From the NCBI RefSeq assembly GCF_001194135.2, contig NC_068998.1:13801209-13863977 (forward strand): a DNA stretch of 62,769 bases. Direction: 5' to 3'. Each line of letters starts with the position of its first letter. Within the stretch, counting starts at the first letter, position 1. This DNA is from Octopus bimaculoides. Its lineage: Eukaryota. Of the stretch, positions 11,791 through 23,890 are shown piece by piece. Position numbers and translations under genes: made by a program. A model generated the notes under the pieces. The model was given only the letters and a program-made list of their open reading frames with translations, was not told the origin of the DNA and made no database searches.

Positions 11791-12592
11791 CAAATCACCA
11801 GTAGTTGGTTCGATTTGAATCATGAGCCATAGCGAAGCGGTTTCGGTTGTTGTTGCAAATACTGTAAATATTTCTAATTCAACGATGTAAAGAAATTAGT
11901 TTTAAAATTATTTTCTTAGTAAACATTGAGGGATCGAACAGCAGATAAGTTAAATCAAATTTTGAAAACTCCAAAGTGAAATATAATATTTAGTGATGGT
12001 ATTCGTTGGCTAAAATAGTTTCATTATTTGAGAGAAATAATAAAGTCACGTCAAATTGTTGTGTTGAAGATGTTTTCCACCAAAAATGTTCGCCTCTAAG
12101 TAGAAGTTGAGTGTAAAGTTGTTTCTGAAACCTTAAAGAATGCGGCACCTTGGACAGGTGTCTTCTACTTAAGTCCCGGGCTGATAAATGCATTTCGAGT
12201 GAATTTGGTAAGCGGAAACTGTGTGGAAGCACGTCGTGTGTGTGTGTGTATGTGTGTGTTCGGTTGGTTCTTACATATGTAATACTGCAACGAGTTGAAA
12301 ATTGGTTGCCTCCATTTACTTAGAAAGTCATATAACCATTTTCGAAGTTCCTTCTTTACGGGCGCAAGCATGACCGCGTTGCTTTGCAACCAAGTGATTT
12401 CAGGTTCAGTCCCACTAAACCCTTCCTAGCGTTGCCCCAGTATGGCTGCAGTCTAATGGCTGAAACAAGTAAAAGATTAAAAAAAAAACATTACTTCTCT
12501 ACAATTTTATATTTAGATTAATGACGATGGCGGTGATGGCGGATCTTCATCGATCAACGACGAGGATTCGGTCGTTCGGTCAAATGAATTAC

Positions 12593-12692
12593 CTGCTTTT
12601 GAATTAAAGTGTGACTCAACTTTCCACTGAAACGTATATAATTCACGTAAATCTTGGGTAGAATCAGCGTGACAGTATGTGGAAAGGCTGAA
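12593..12692 (-). CDS. Candidate 100-nt internal exon (open frame SAFPHTVTLILPKIYVNYIRFSGKLSHTLIQKQ)
   Basis: Acceptor ttttgattctcctacag| and donor CAG|gtaatt. Two of three frames are open. No protein recognised. Confidence 0.3.
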
Positions 12693-13043
12693 CTGTAGGA
12701 GAATCAAAATGAGTTTTAAGCATGGAACTGTGAAGCACTCGGTTGCCGTCTCAGATTTTAAAATTAAGTGAACATTTTCATATTTGGGATATTGATGTAA
12801 TTTTTCATGCTGAATCCGAATAGGAGCATTCATTTATTCCCAGAAAAAAATTTAGAAACATAGTAATTTTTAGTCCAATCCGATAACGGGAATCGGAAAC
12901 CGACATTGTTTGCGTGTTAACTGTTTGTCACAATGTGATTCTCGTCAAAACTTGAGGTGATGGTTGCGGTGGTGAAAGTATCACAGTCGGACAAGTACAG
13001 CGTCCCTATAACATAGAAAGCAAAGCAGACTACATCTTTACTT

Positions 13044-13110
13044 GTTACTATGGAAACAGACACGAATGAGAGATTTACACTCATGTGTATAATGATGGCT
13101 TTCGATTGGC
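13044..13110. promoter_or_regulatory. RFX X-box (GTTACTATGGAAAC, 13044-13057) and NF-Y CCAAT box (CGATTGGCT, 13103-13111)
   Basis: Matches the X-box consensus GTYNCY-AT-RGNAAC and the inverted RRCCAATSR. It lies in a unique, relatively CpG-retaining region. Confidence 0.45.
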
Positions 13111-13783
13111 TAAAATTACAAACTTTAAATGCAATTCTTGTTTATTAATTTATGACAAAAATTATTTTCATTTTTCCTATTAGCATACAAAGCTAAATCG
13201 GTATCAGGTCTGTCACCAGATTTTGGTGCCTGGGATTACTTCAGAATATTGTAGGTGGACACCAATTTGTACCGTGAGAAGATTTTGTAAACTGAATTTT
13301 CTAAACTTGAGGGTTCCCTATTGAATAGTGAGGGGTAATGTCGTCCAATGCACTCATTTAGCGAATTGCATGATTGGTGTACCAAATTGGGAAACAATTG
13401 GAAGAAAATTTGAAAAATACGAAATCTGTTGCAACGCCCGAAAAGATCCGTCTAGCAAATTCCGCGAGAGGCTATAATAAAAGACACTTGCTCTAAGTGC
13501 CGCTCAGTGGGAACGAAGCCAGAACCATATAGCCGCCAAACGAACTTCTTAAACAAACAGCCATGACTTCATATAATCTACCTGACATACTCTTATAAAG
13601 ACGGGATAGCCACAGGTAGAAAGCATTTCAACATAGATCCGTCTGCTTGATCAGCGCTGTTACCCTCGAGCTAAACAACACTGTCTGGTCTTTGTTGTCT
13701 CGTCAACATTGGTGGTTATCAGCGATTAGAATAAAGCAGAGTGAAATAATAACTGACTCTTGATTTGAAAAGATAAATCTGAC

Positions 13784-13815
<32 letters not shown>

Positions 13816-14072
13816 ATTTTATAGACGATTCGATGAAAGTATGTTATACACACACAAATCCTCGCAGAGACAAGACAATTCGTTGGATATAATTTATTGA
13901 TCAACTAGCTTGTTATAAAAATCGTTACGTTTTACCTACTCATCTAGTACAAAGTGTTGATAAACAATGAATAATAAACAAAAGTATTCACCGTGTTGCT
14001 CTCCTTTCAACAAGAGCTTTAAGTACCCAATGCAGTTTATAAACAGAGATTTTCTAATGCATATATATTACG

Positions 14073-14125
14073 CTATCGCCTTCGGTGCCGTTTAGAAATT
14101 ATGATGCTGTGTTGTGATGATCGTG

Positions 14126-14156
<31 letters not shown>

Positions 14157-14425
14157 TTTATATACACATTCTACACACCCATGCATATGTGTGTCGTGAA
14201 TCTCATTTTCATACACAAACACACATACATATATGTGTATGTATGTGTTTGTACATAAATAATATATGTGCGTGTGTGTGTGTGTGTGTGTGTGTGCATG
14301 TATAATACATGTATAATATACATACATACATACATACATACATACATACATACGTACGTACGTACGTACGTACGTACGTACGTACGTACGTACGTACGTT
14401 TGTATGTACGTAAGTACGTACATAT
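14073..14425. repeat. Compound microsatellite (TG)n / (TACA)n / (TACG)n
   Basis: Seen directly in the sequence. Confidence 0.95.
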
Positions 14426-15009
14426 ATAAACAATAAACTTGAACTAAGGAACTAAAATAAAATCGCTGTGCCCAGGGACATGATCCGCATAAAAATCAAT
14501 AGTTAAGCTAGTGAGCTACTGTTTGCACACCCAGTAAAGTATACGCAGTCGATCAGAAATAAAACATAAGAGGTATCAGGCATGGATTTTTTCTATTTGG
14601 CATTAATTTTTCTTTGGGGATTTTTCCTTATTATATTGCCTGTTCCAGCGTTTCGCGTGACGTTATTCATTTAAATTTATTGAAACTTCAAAACTTCTTA
14701 TCACTTTCGTCGTCGTAATATATTGCTTTCATTTTGTTTAATGGAAGTTACCACGCAGAAAAATGCCAGCTTCCAAATCCTGTTTTCTGACTGAGTAAAA
14801 ACAATCAAACTTTAAACCTCTGTAACACTTTTCTAACATTTTTTCTGGAACAAGTGAATAACAACATCAGATTCAATGTGAAGAATTACATCAATATAGC
14901 AACTTTGAAGATTTTCACTTAATTTTAAAATTTCAAAGAGTAAAAGCCAAGCAGAGAAGATCCGATGAGATGAAGGAGAAGAAGAAAAAAAACAGACAGT
15001 ATTAGCCGA

Positions 15010-15060
15010 ATGGCGACAGATACAGACATTCTAGATCGCATCCAAAAGTCACTTGAACGA
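15010..15060 (+). CDS. Candidate first coding exon MATDTDILDRIQKSLER
   Basis: ATGG context, an in-frame upstream stop, 17 codons, then a phase-0 donor CGA|gtaaca (a weak donor). CGTGACGT lies upstream near 14655. No homolog recognised. Confidence 0.3.
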
Positions 15061-15598
15061 GTAACATGAATACACTCACCAAAACATCACAGCTCTTGCT
15101 CACAGACGTTCTCTCTATCTCTCCCAGCCTACCTCTCTCTCTTTCTGTGTATCTCTTTCTACTTTTTTCTACCGTTGCTACAGTGTTCTTTAGTCTTTTT
15201 TTTGCGTTGGTTTATTTCTTGTTACCTCCGCTTAAGCACTTTAGTCCGATTGACTCCCCCCCTCTCTCTTCCTTCAGTAAACCATATTGTCCACCTTATT
15301 CTCCAGACATCAGTCGCAAAGCGGTGGGGAGGGAACATAGACACACACACATACACTCACACTACGTGTGTGTGTGTTTGTGTGCGTGCGTGGGGGGGGG
15401 GGGTTGCATTTATTCCCATCACCGTTTGAGAACTGGTGCCGGTTTGTTTACGTCCCCGAAACTTAGCCGTTCGTCAAGAGTGAGCCGATAGAATAAGTAC
15501 CTAACTTGAAAAAAAAACAAGTTCTGAGGCCGATTTGTATTGACTAGATCCTTCAAAGCAGTGCTCCAGTATGTGAAACAAGAATAAAAGAGAGAAAG

Positions 15599-15853
15599 GG
15601 TAATCTTCAAGTTTAGGGGGGTAAAAAAAAGTAAATAAAAATATTCAAGGGAAATAACTGAACGACTTACCAGTATTATCCGTTTTCTTCTAGCTGTTTA
15701 TAAATAAATCACACCCTAACCCTAACGTCAATCAAATCACGTGTGTGATTTATTTATAAACAGAGATGTACGGAGAATACTGGTAAGACGTTCAGTTACT
15801 TCCCTTGAATATTTTTATTTATTTATTTTATCCCACTAAACTTGAAGATTACC
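15599..15853 (+). mobile_element. Mutator-like (MULE) MITE copy 1
   Basis: TIRs GGTAATCTTCAAGTTTAG...CTAAACTTGAAGATTACC. Perfect 9-bp TSD GAGAGAAAG (15590-15598 and 15854-15862). Central CCCTAACCCTAA. Confidence 0.9.
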
Positions 15854-16829
15854 GAGAGAAAGATATCATGAGATCTATTCAAACGCCTAGAGATAATAAG
15901 TATTAAATAATCAATTATGATATCTCTTGAGTCATTTTATTTATTTATATGTATTAGTATTAATTAATTAATATTCGTTCTGAAAACGACATTCAATATT
16001 TGACTTTTGCCCGAAAACTAACCCCTCCGCCATCTTTTCCTCTGTCAACGGGAGAGCGACATGTTAATAAATTATAAAGGTCTAATTCATAGAAGCAAAG
16101 TATTCTATACCGAAAGCTAATAAAGTTTTATTTCCTCATTTGTGCTTAATTCATTGGTTGATTTCCGGTCACGTTCTAACTTCCTGTCAATAGCTATTAA
16201 GTCTTCGTTTCATCCCTTTATTTCATTCAACAAAAGTATTGTAGAAAAGTTATCTGGTAGACATCGTTTTCCAAGGAAGAGTTTTAGCCCACTCTCCATT
16301 CAATTCTTAATGACTGTTGCACTAATAAATTCCAGTTTGTGATGCTGTGTAATTTACGAATTCGATTACCGAGTGCACATGTGTATAAATGGAATGTTGG
16401 TTGTATAGATTAAAATGTGACCTAAACAGAATTAGATAATGATCAAAATAGTTAGTCGGGGCTAGAATACACATAACATGCACCTTAACGCCGTTACCAG
16501 TTAGACTACCAGTATCTGTTAACACCAGTCAATAAAGAGGTTTCTTCTTGCCCGCTCGATTTGCGAAGACATAACAGTCAACTCTCATACAAAAAGCACC
16601 CGATCGTAGGCGTAGCATGAGGCGGTGACGGTGGTGAGATGTTGCTCCAAGCCCAGTTGTGAAAGTGCTCAAAATTTCTTCTGGCCCGTCATGGCTGTTA
16701 TGGTGAGTGGAGGTGCGTCAGAGGAATCTCTGCCTCAGGGTGCTGGAAATCCTTGGGACACCTCTAATGGATACTGCTTTTAATATCTAACACATTTCCT
16801 ATAGTAATTGCCTTATTTGATAACATAAA

Positions 16830-17000
16830 AAACGTACGAGTATATTAAATGCACCCCAATTTTAGCAGCGCATATTTAGGAGAAAAAGTTCTGTGCTTTA
16901 ACGCTTAGGGAAATCCCAATTTCACATAAAAGACCCGGAGGTGATGTTTCGAGACATTTTGTAGAGGAAAAAGTGCGTCTTATATGCCATCAAATATGGT
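16830..17000. mobile_element. Possible pogo/Tigger-like transposon end
   Basis: Ends AAAAAGTGCGTCTTATATGCCATCAAATATGGT, which resembles pogo-type TIRs (TACCGTATTT...ATAAGACGCAC). Confidence 0.35.
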
Positions 17001-18789
17001 GGCTACAACTTTTTACGTTCAAAGTTGAAAACGAGGTTTGACTTAACTAAAGTCGATAAACTAACTACCAGCACTGAGATGATGTAATCGGTAATTCTCT
17101 TCCATTCTTAAATATTCCTATGAAGTACCCTAAATGTAAACAGACGTATATAAATAAAAACTTAAACTTCCGTTTATTTTTGTCTTAACATTTTTTTATG
17201 ACCGACCTTAAAAAATTACAAATGAAAAGCACTCAACCAGTAACCACCAACATTGTTAAAACTAAATCAATAAACGTTGGTAACCCTTAAGTAATTTATC
17301 TCTACTGTTGTATTTAGGGCTGAGAAGCTGAAAAATATTTTATAATATTTATTTTATAAACAAATGAAACGATTTTTTTTACCCGGGAGTCGAAATTTTA
17401 ATTTCTGTAATAATCCGATTATTGGAGTGTCACACGAATCTCAGAGATGTTCTTACCTGACAAGTGATTTCATTCGTGTTGAAGTTAAAACAATGACAGC
17501 GTGGAAGACATAATATATTAACCACTCATAAACGCAGTAACTGTAAATTTTATTTAAATATTTATTCGGTGTCGAAATTTTCGTCGCACCAACTGCACGT
17601 GACGTTAAAAGTCTTTGTGTTTTTGACTAGTTAGTATGACTTCCAAGAGCATTTCATCTAAAGTAAATGGCTTAATTTTTTGTCTTTCTTTATTGTAAGA
17701 TTTTTAATAAGTGTATAACAGGATACCACTGGGATATTGTTTTCAAAGTGTGTCTCGTGTTAGCTAAAACCATGTGATATGTCACTGTTGATGCGTACCA
17801 AAACCTTACCATCATTGTATTAAATAATACAGTCCAATATACCCTTAAAAAGATGGTAGAGTTAAGGCTGAAATGTCTTTGATCAAAGAAAACTTCTCGA
17901 TCAGGATGAGCTTGGAGATAATAACAAAGACAGCTCCAACCTTTCTCAATTGAAAATGATTCTATCACTACCTTTGTTTTGTCTACTTTTATTTGGTAAT
18001 TTCTAAAGCAATAGTTATGGGGGCCCCTAAAAGTCTATTCCAGCAGTGACCCTAGGTTACTATTATTGTTGTCTGTAAACAACTTTGGTAGAGGGATAGG
18101 GAACAGAATATTTAAACAGGTTCCGCTCTTGAATGGTTCTAATTTTATTGATTCCAGAAGGAGGAATAGTTGACGGTTGTTACCGACGAGGTCTGAATAG
18201 AAGTTATAAATAGGCGTAATTTGGCTAATTCTGTCAATTGTTTGTAACATGAAAATATATCGTTGAAGCTTAATACTAGAGTGTGATATACAGACAAAGG
18301 CTAGAAGAAAATATTCAAACGAGATAATTGCGGTGAGGAAAGACTTAATCCGGCATTAACCTAGTCTTAAATGTCAGAGAACCAACGTCGGTGTTTTGTT
18401 TATATTGGAGCCCATGCAGGTAAAGTAGTCGATGACAGAATTGAAAGAATTTTATGCATTGTTAGTACTTCTAACGAAGCCAGACATTACAGGACACGAA
18501 CTTAGCCTTCTAAGCTAACGAAACGATTGTCAAAGCTATATACTTTAACAATAAGAAATAGGAAACTGGGAAGTTAGTTGAACGAGTAAGTAGTGGTTGG
18601 ACAATTTCTGTAGTTCTGAGTACGTAAGGGTGAGATAGAGAGAGTGAATAAATATGAATGTCAGCTTCCATAACGTAGGTTCCTCTGCTAGGATGGTCCG
18701 CAGGTTTGAATTTTCTCACTTGTAGTAGTTTTTGTTGCTGGTCGAGTGTTCACTTAGATATTGTTAAAGTAAAGTTACTTAGTCATTCG

Positions 18790-19097
18790 GTTGACTACCC
18801 ATGTGGTTTCAGATTCGGTCCCAGTGCGCGGCACCTTGGGCAAGTGTCTTCTGCTATACCCCCAAGCTGACTAATACTTTGTGAGTGAATTTAGTAGGCG
18901 GGAAACTGTGTGGAAGACTGTCGTGCATGCGTGTGTATGTGTCCAGCGCTCGACAACTTGTTGGCTATGTTCGGCAAAAGGAAACGATAGAACATGTACC
19001 AGACTTGATAATCAATACTGGGGTTGATTTGTTCGGCTAAACCCTTCAAGCGGTGCCTCAGCATGGCCGCAGTCAGATGATAGAAACAAGTAAAAGA
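18790..19097 (+). mobile_element. SINE family A, diverged copy
   Basis: GGCACCTTGGGCAAGTGTCTTCT body and GAAACAAGTAAAAGA tail. Confidence 0.8.
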
Positions 19098-21005
19098 CAA
19101 AATAAATCGATAAGGGTCAATGTCTCCATAGTTTACGAACATACAAAAGCTGATGTTTTGCTCTAAATTCAGAAACGCTAAATGGAAGAGGGGTATATAG
19201 CTCCCTGGATAGTCGACATGTCTCCAACGAGTAACATCTTCAAACAATTCGTTGTATATCTGACAATTAAATTAACAAAAGTTCTGTAGAATGCTCTTAC
19301 CTCAAACTCATAATTTATCTGTTTACCGCTATTTTGTTTCCACAGTTCAGATTACTTAACAAAAACATTGTGCTGTCAAATTGGACAAATAGCTCCCATC
19401 TATTTTTAAGGTTTATTTTATTTTATTTTCGAAAATCGATGCACGTTTTCTGAAAACGAAATACCGGTACGGTGTAAGTTGGTGTAAGTTTTAACATAGT
19501 AACGAAAGGTAATTTTTCAAAATCGTCATGCCTTGTATGTCTTCGTAATTTGTTAGTCAGTTTTAAAGAAAAGCTAAATGGAGATGAATCACCATTGCGG
19601 AAAATAAACGTATCAAACTTCGACTTACTTTGTTTTCACAATACAATAAGTTGTTATGGATATCCTAGGGTTTTCTCATTGTGGAGGAGAAACGGTAATA
19701 CTGTCTGATATTTTCTTAACGAATTCAGATTTTAAAATATATTTATGTTTGTTGCGATGTAATAAAGTAGAAGAGAAATAACTATCAGTTCTGTTATATG
19801 GACTGTTAGATTTGTTTGTTCGAAAACAGAAACTGGCAGCGAAGAAAGCTAACAATAAAAGAGTAGGAGAGCGGAGGGAGGGATTATTTTAGTGCACTGG
19901 CAGAACAGCTGGCGTCCAGGACAAAATACCTTACAACATTTAGTTATGTTCTGAGTTCAAATCTCTCTTTAGTTGACTACCTTTTATCTTTCTGAGATAA
20001 AAAAAAAATTATCGCTACATTAATATAGCTCTTCGATGTTACGACGGTTTTAACTCCAGGCTAATCCTCCGCCAGTTGGTTACCGGTGCAACGAGGATCT
20101 GCCTGAGGTTAAAACGGCAGTAACGTCGAACGGCCATATTGATGTGGCGATAAATATTACTTCTTAGTATGGTTACTACTTTCATCTCTTATTGAGATAT
20201 TTCTAATAATTTAGAGAAGAACCACCATGGTACAACTTACACGAAGAAGGAGGTCAGACACCATCAAGAAAAGTGTACTATACAAAACTAGTTTAAAAAT
20301 CTAAAAAATCCAAGGGAGAATTTATAATACATAAAATTCTATGAAGTATTGGACTAAGAATTAAAATTGGTTACGTTTAAGATACAAAGTGGAAGAAGGA
20401 CTATGCGCATTTCATGGCCACATAACAGTGGGAAATATCTGGTCAATCTACAATGAATCAAACAAGATAGATACCACCCAATATGAGGACACTCTTCAGG
20501 TCAGGTAACTTCAAAAAACGTATCTTAAAATTTTTAAATGAATAAGAAAAGTATAAAAATCTGTCCGTTTAAGCAACATTTAGTACAAAGGAAATTGTCA
20601 AGGTTTTATAATAAAACACATCAAATAGCAATAAATATCTGTCAAATTTAAGGCATAAAACGTCAATTGGGGAGATAATATCTGTAGATAAGGAAAAGGA
20701 AACATATATAACGAAAGTGTGATTAGCTAGTAAAGGGGGTGGGAACGTGCAAGAATATAATGAAAAAAAGCAACATCATTTACCTTGATAGAGAAACTTG
20801 GTTGACTGAGGTACTATCCAAAGGCAAAGTGATCACAACTGCCCAACCAACGTTTAGAACTAAAACACGTGAGATACGAGACTTCATGGCGTGGAAGGAG
20901 AAGAGGGAAGAAAAACTAAGAAATGATGATAAGGTAAGGTTGTATATTTTTCAATATACAACTCAATTTGATATTATCAAATTGTATTTATGTATAGAAA
21001 TGTAA

Positions 21006-21256
21006 GGTAATCTTCAAGTTTAGGGGGATAAAAAAAATAAATAAAAATATTCAAGGGAAATAACTGAACGACTTACCAGTATTATCCGTTTTCTTCTAGC
21101 TGTTTATAAATAAATCACACCCTAACCCTAACGTGAATCAAATCATGTGTGTGATTTATTTATAAACAGAGATGTACGGAGAATATTGGTAAGACGTTCA
21201 GTTACTTCCCTTGAATTTTTTTTTTTTTTTCTATCCCCCTAAACTTGAAGATTACC
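21006..21256 (+). mobile_element. MULE-like MITE copy 2
   Basis: Same TIRs as copy 1. Perfect 9-bp TSD GAAATGTAA (20997-21005 and 21257-21265). Confidence 0.9.
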
Positions 21257-21491
21257 GAAATGTAACACCAGAAAACATTCGGGAGATGTGGTAAAGATAT
21301 AAACACGAAAAGAGAAAAAAGAACTAATTTTTCGGGCAGGGAAAGGCGGTGAGCTGGTAGAATCGTTAGCGCGCCAGGCAAAATGTTTAGCGACATTTTG
21401 TCCGTTCCGAGTTCAAATTTTGCCGAGGTCAACTTTGCCTTTCATCCTTTCGGGGTCGATGAAATGTGTACCAGCTGGTCATAGGTTTTAT

Positions 21492-21745
21492 GGTAATCTT
21501 CAAGTTTAGGGGGGGTAAAAAAAATAAATAAAAATATTCAAGGGAAATAACTGAACGACTTACCGGTATTATCCGTTTTCTTCTAGCTGTTTATAAATAA
21601 ATCACACCCTAACCCTAACGTCAATCAAATCACGTGTGTGATTTATTTATAAACAGAGATGTACGGAGAATACTGGTAAGACGTTCAGTTACTTCCCTTG
21701 AATATTTTTATTTATTTTTTTATCCCCCTAAACTTGAAGATTACC
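21492..21745 (+). mobile_element. MULE-like MITE copy 3
   Basis: Same TIRs. Imperfect TSD (GGTTTTAT left, GGTTTTTAT right). Flanked by SINE C copies at about 21340-21480 and 21770-21970. Confidence 0.9.
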
Positions 21746-22047
21746 GGTTTTATTATACGTAGATAATAAGGCAGCGAGCTGGCAGAATCGTTAGCACGCC
21801 GAGCGGAATGCTTAGCGGTATTTCGTCTGTCTTTACGTTCTGAGTTCAAATTCCGCCGAGGTCGACTTCACCTTTCATCATCGATAAATTAAGTACCAGT
21901 TGCGTACTGGGTCGATCTAATTGACTGGCCTATTCCCCACAAATTTCAGGCCTTGTGCCTCTTGTAAAAAGGAATATACCTAGATATTTGTATTATTTGA
22001 TTACACCGACATCATTGTACCACCTATTTTTTAATATATTATTATTA

Positions 22048-22312
22048 GGTAATCTTCAAGTATAGGGGGATAAAAAAAATAAATAAAAATATTCAAGGGA
22101 AGTAACTGAACGTCTTACCAGTATTCTCCGTACATCTCTGTTTATAAATAAATCACACACGTGATTTGATTGACGTTAGGGTTAGGATTAGGGTTAGGGT
22201 GTGATTTATTTATAAACAGCTAGAAGAAAACGGATAATACTGGTAAGTCGTTCAGTTATTTCCCTTGAATATTTTTATTTATTTTCTTATCCCCCTAAAC
22301 TTGAAGATTACC
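22048..22312 (-). mobile_element. MULE-like MITE copy 4, inverted, with an expanded telomeric core
   Basis: Perfect 9-bp TSD TTATTATTA. The centre reads GTTAGGGTTAGGATTAGGGTTAGGG. Confidence 0.9.
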
Positions 22313-23756
22313 TTATTATTATATATTTATAATGGTAAACCTCGGTTTTATTGTATATGCTCAAGTTAGAGCCAAGTCGTTACGAGATAAAACACAATCA
22401 GAAAACTAGGAATCCTACCACAGAGCAACACCAAAGGCGAATGTTAACGTAGAATCCCCAGCATATTTTGGTCGACTACTACACGAACCCCAGCTCACAG
22501 CTATCTAGATCTGTTCTTCACTGTGCCGTGAAGAAAGAGTTTTGGTTCGTCGACAGAGTATCGTTAGTAATTTGTAATAGTTAGCAACGCTTTAAAATGA
22601 TAACGGTTTCAAATTTTGGCACAAGGCCAGCAATTTCAAGGAGTTTTAAGAAAGGAAGGTAAGTCGATTATATTGCCCCCTGTCTTTGATTTCACCTGCT
22701 ACTTATGTCATCGACCTCGAAAGAACGAAAGATAAAGTCGATTGCATTTGAACTCATAACACAAACAACTAGAAGATATGTTGCTTAGCATTTTCTCCAA
22801 AGCACTAACGATTCTACCAGATCGCCATCTTACACTTAAAATAACAACAAAAGGCCTTCATGATTATACACACCTTCTACACTTAATGTCTAGGTATCAA
22901 ATTGATACCTAGACATTAGTGTTAAATTACTATAACAGCAATCCTCTATGCGGTTTCTACACACCTCACAATTTTGTTCTGGGGCTATGAGCGGGCAGAA
23001 ACAGGAAAGCCCCCGGCTTATCAAATGCCTGCGATCTAAATTCAAATTCAGATACGATTAAATTTTTACCTTCAATCTTTCATTCTGCAATATGAATTTT
23101 AATAAGCTGCCGATCGCAATCCTTCGGCAGCAGCTTATAGCACAAACATATCTACATAGCCTGTATTAACATACTGCGCATTTTACATCACGTTATACTA
23201 TACCTGTATAACTTTTCCTTAAGTAATAAACTAATAAAATCATTCGATAACATAGTAACTTGAATTGCACTCTCTATCATTAAACAGAAGATACAAAAAT
23301 ATTTATCATAATCACATGCTGGTGGTGAAGTACTTGAGAGCGCTCATCTAAGATCTTAACATCAAGCATCAAGAGGATGTACACACATAAAAGTAATACC
23401 TGTGACGTATTATGGCTGCATAATCTACATAATATATCGGCGAATAAATATATCGCACCTATGTAACCTGTATTAGAGCTACTTAACCTGTACAACGTAT
23501 ATTATGTTATGTGTTATATGCCTATATAGCCTACATTATTATATTTCACTCCAGCTTTTAATTTCCATCTTGCATTTTTCAGTTTCTTGTCCACCCACGA
23601 ACAGAAACATCTCAAAAGCGCATGTTTATCCTAATTAGGGATAGCGAATCTATGATGTACGTGTCAGCAGTGATACACCATGGGTTTCTTGTGGACACGC
23701 AATACATTTTTAAAAACAGCACATCGCAGCAGTGTAATTTAACAGAAAGCTTTTCT

Positions 23757-23890
23757 ACGAGGGTGGGCTGAAAAGCTCATAGGCTGACTAGGAAGGAGTG
23801 ATGCTAGAGCTGTAAAAACTTGCAGGCATTAATTTTAAAACTTCTTATTGATAATTGCATTGTTTCTTTTCAGGTAAACTGACATATGAC
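23757..23890 (+). mobile_element. Mariner-like TIR-bearing end fragment (second copy at about 43387-43460)
   Basis: TACGAGGGTGGGCTGAAAAGCTCATAGGCTGAC, compared with TACAAGGGAGGGCTGAAAAGTTCATAGGCTAAC at 43387. Confidence 0.55.

Noticed and set aside
20739-21005. ORF ...ETWLTEVLSKGKVITT...EEKLRNDDK with a donor-like gtaagg
   Set aside because: There is no good acceptor, and the upstream region is stop-riddled and resembles decayed LINE sequence. I cannot call it an exon or assign a family.
22174-22200. True telomere or chromosome fusion site
   Set aside because: There are only 2-4 units, and they sit inside a TSD-flanked MITE.
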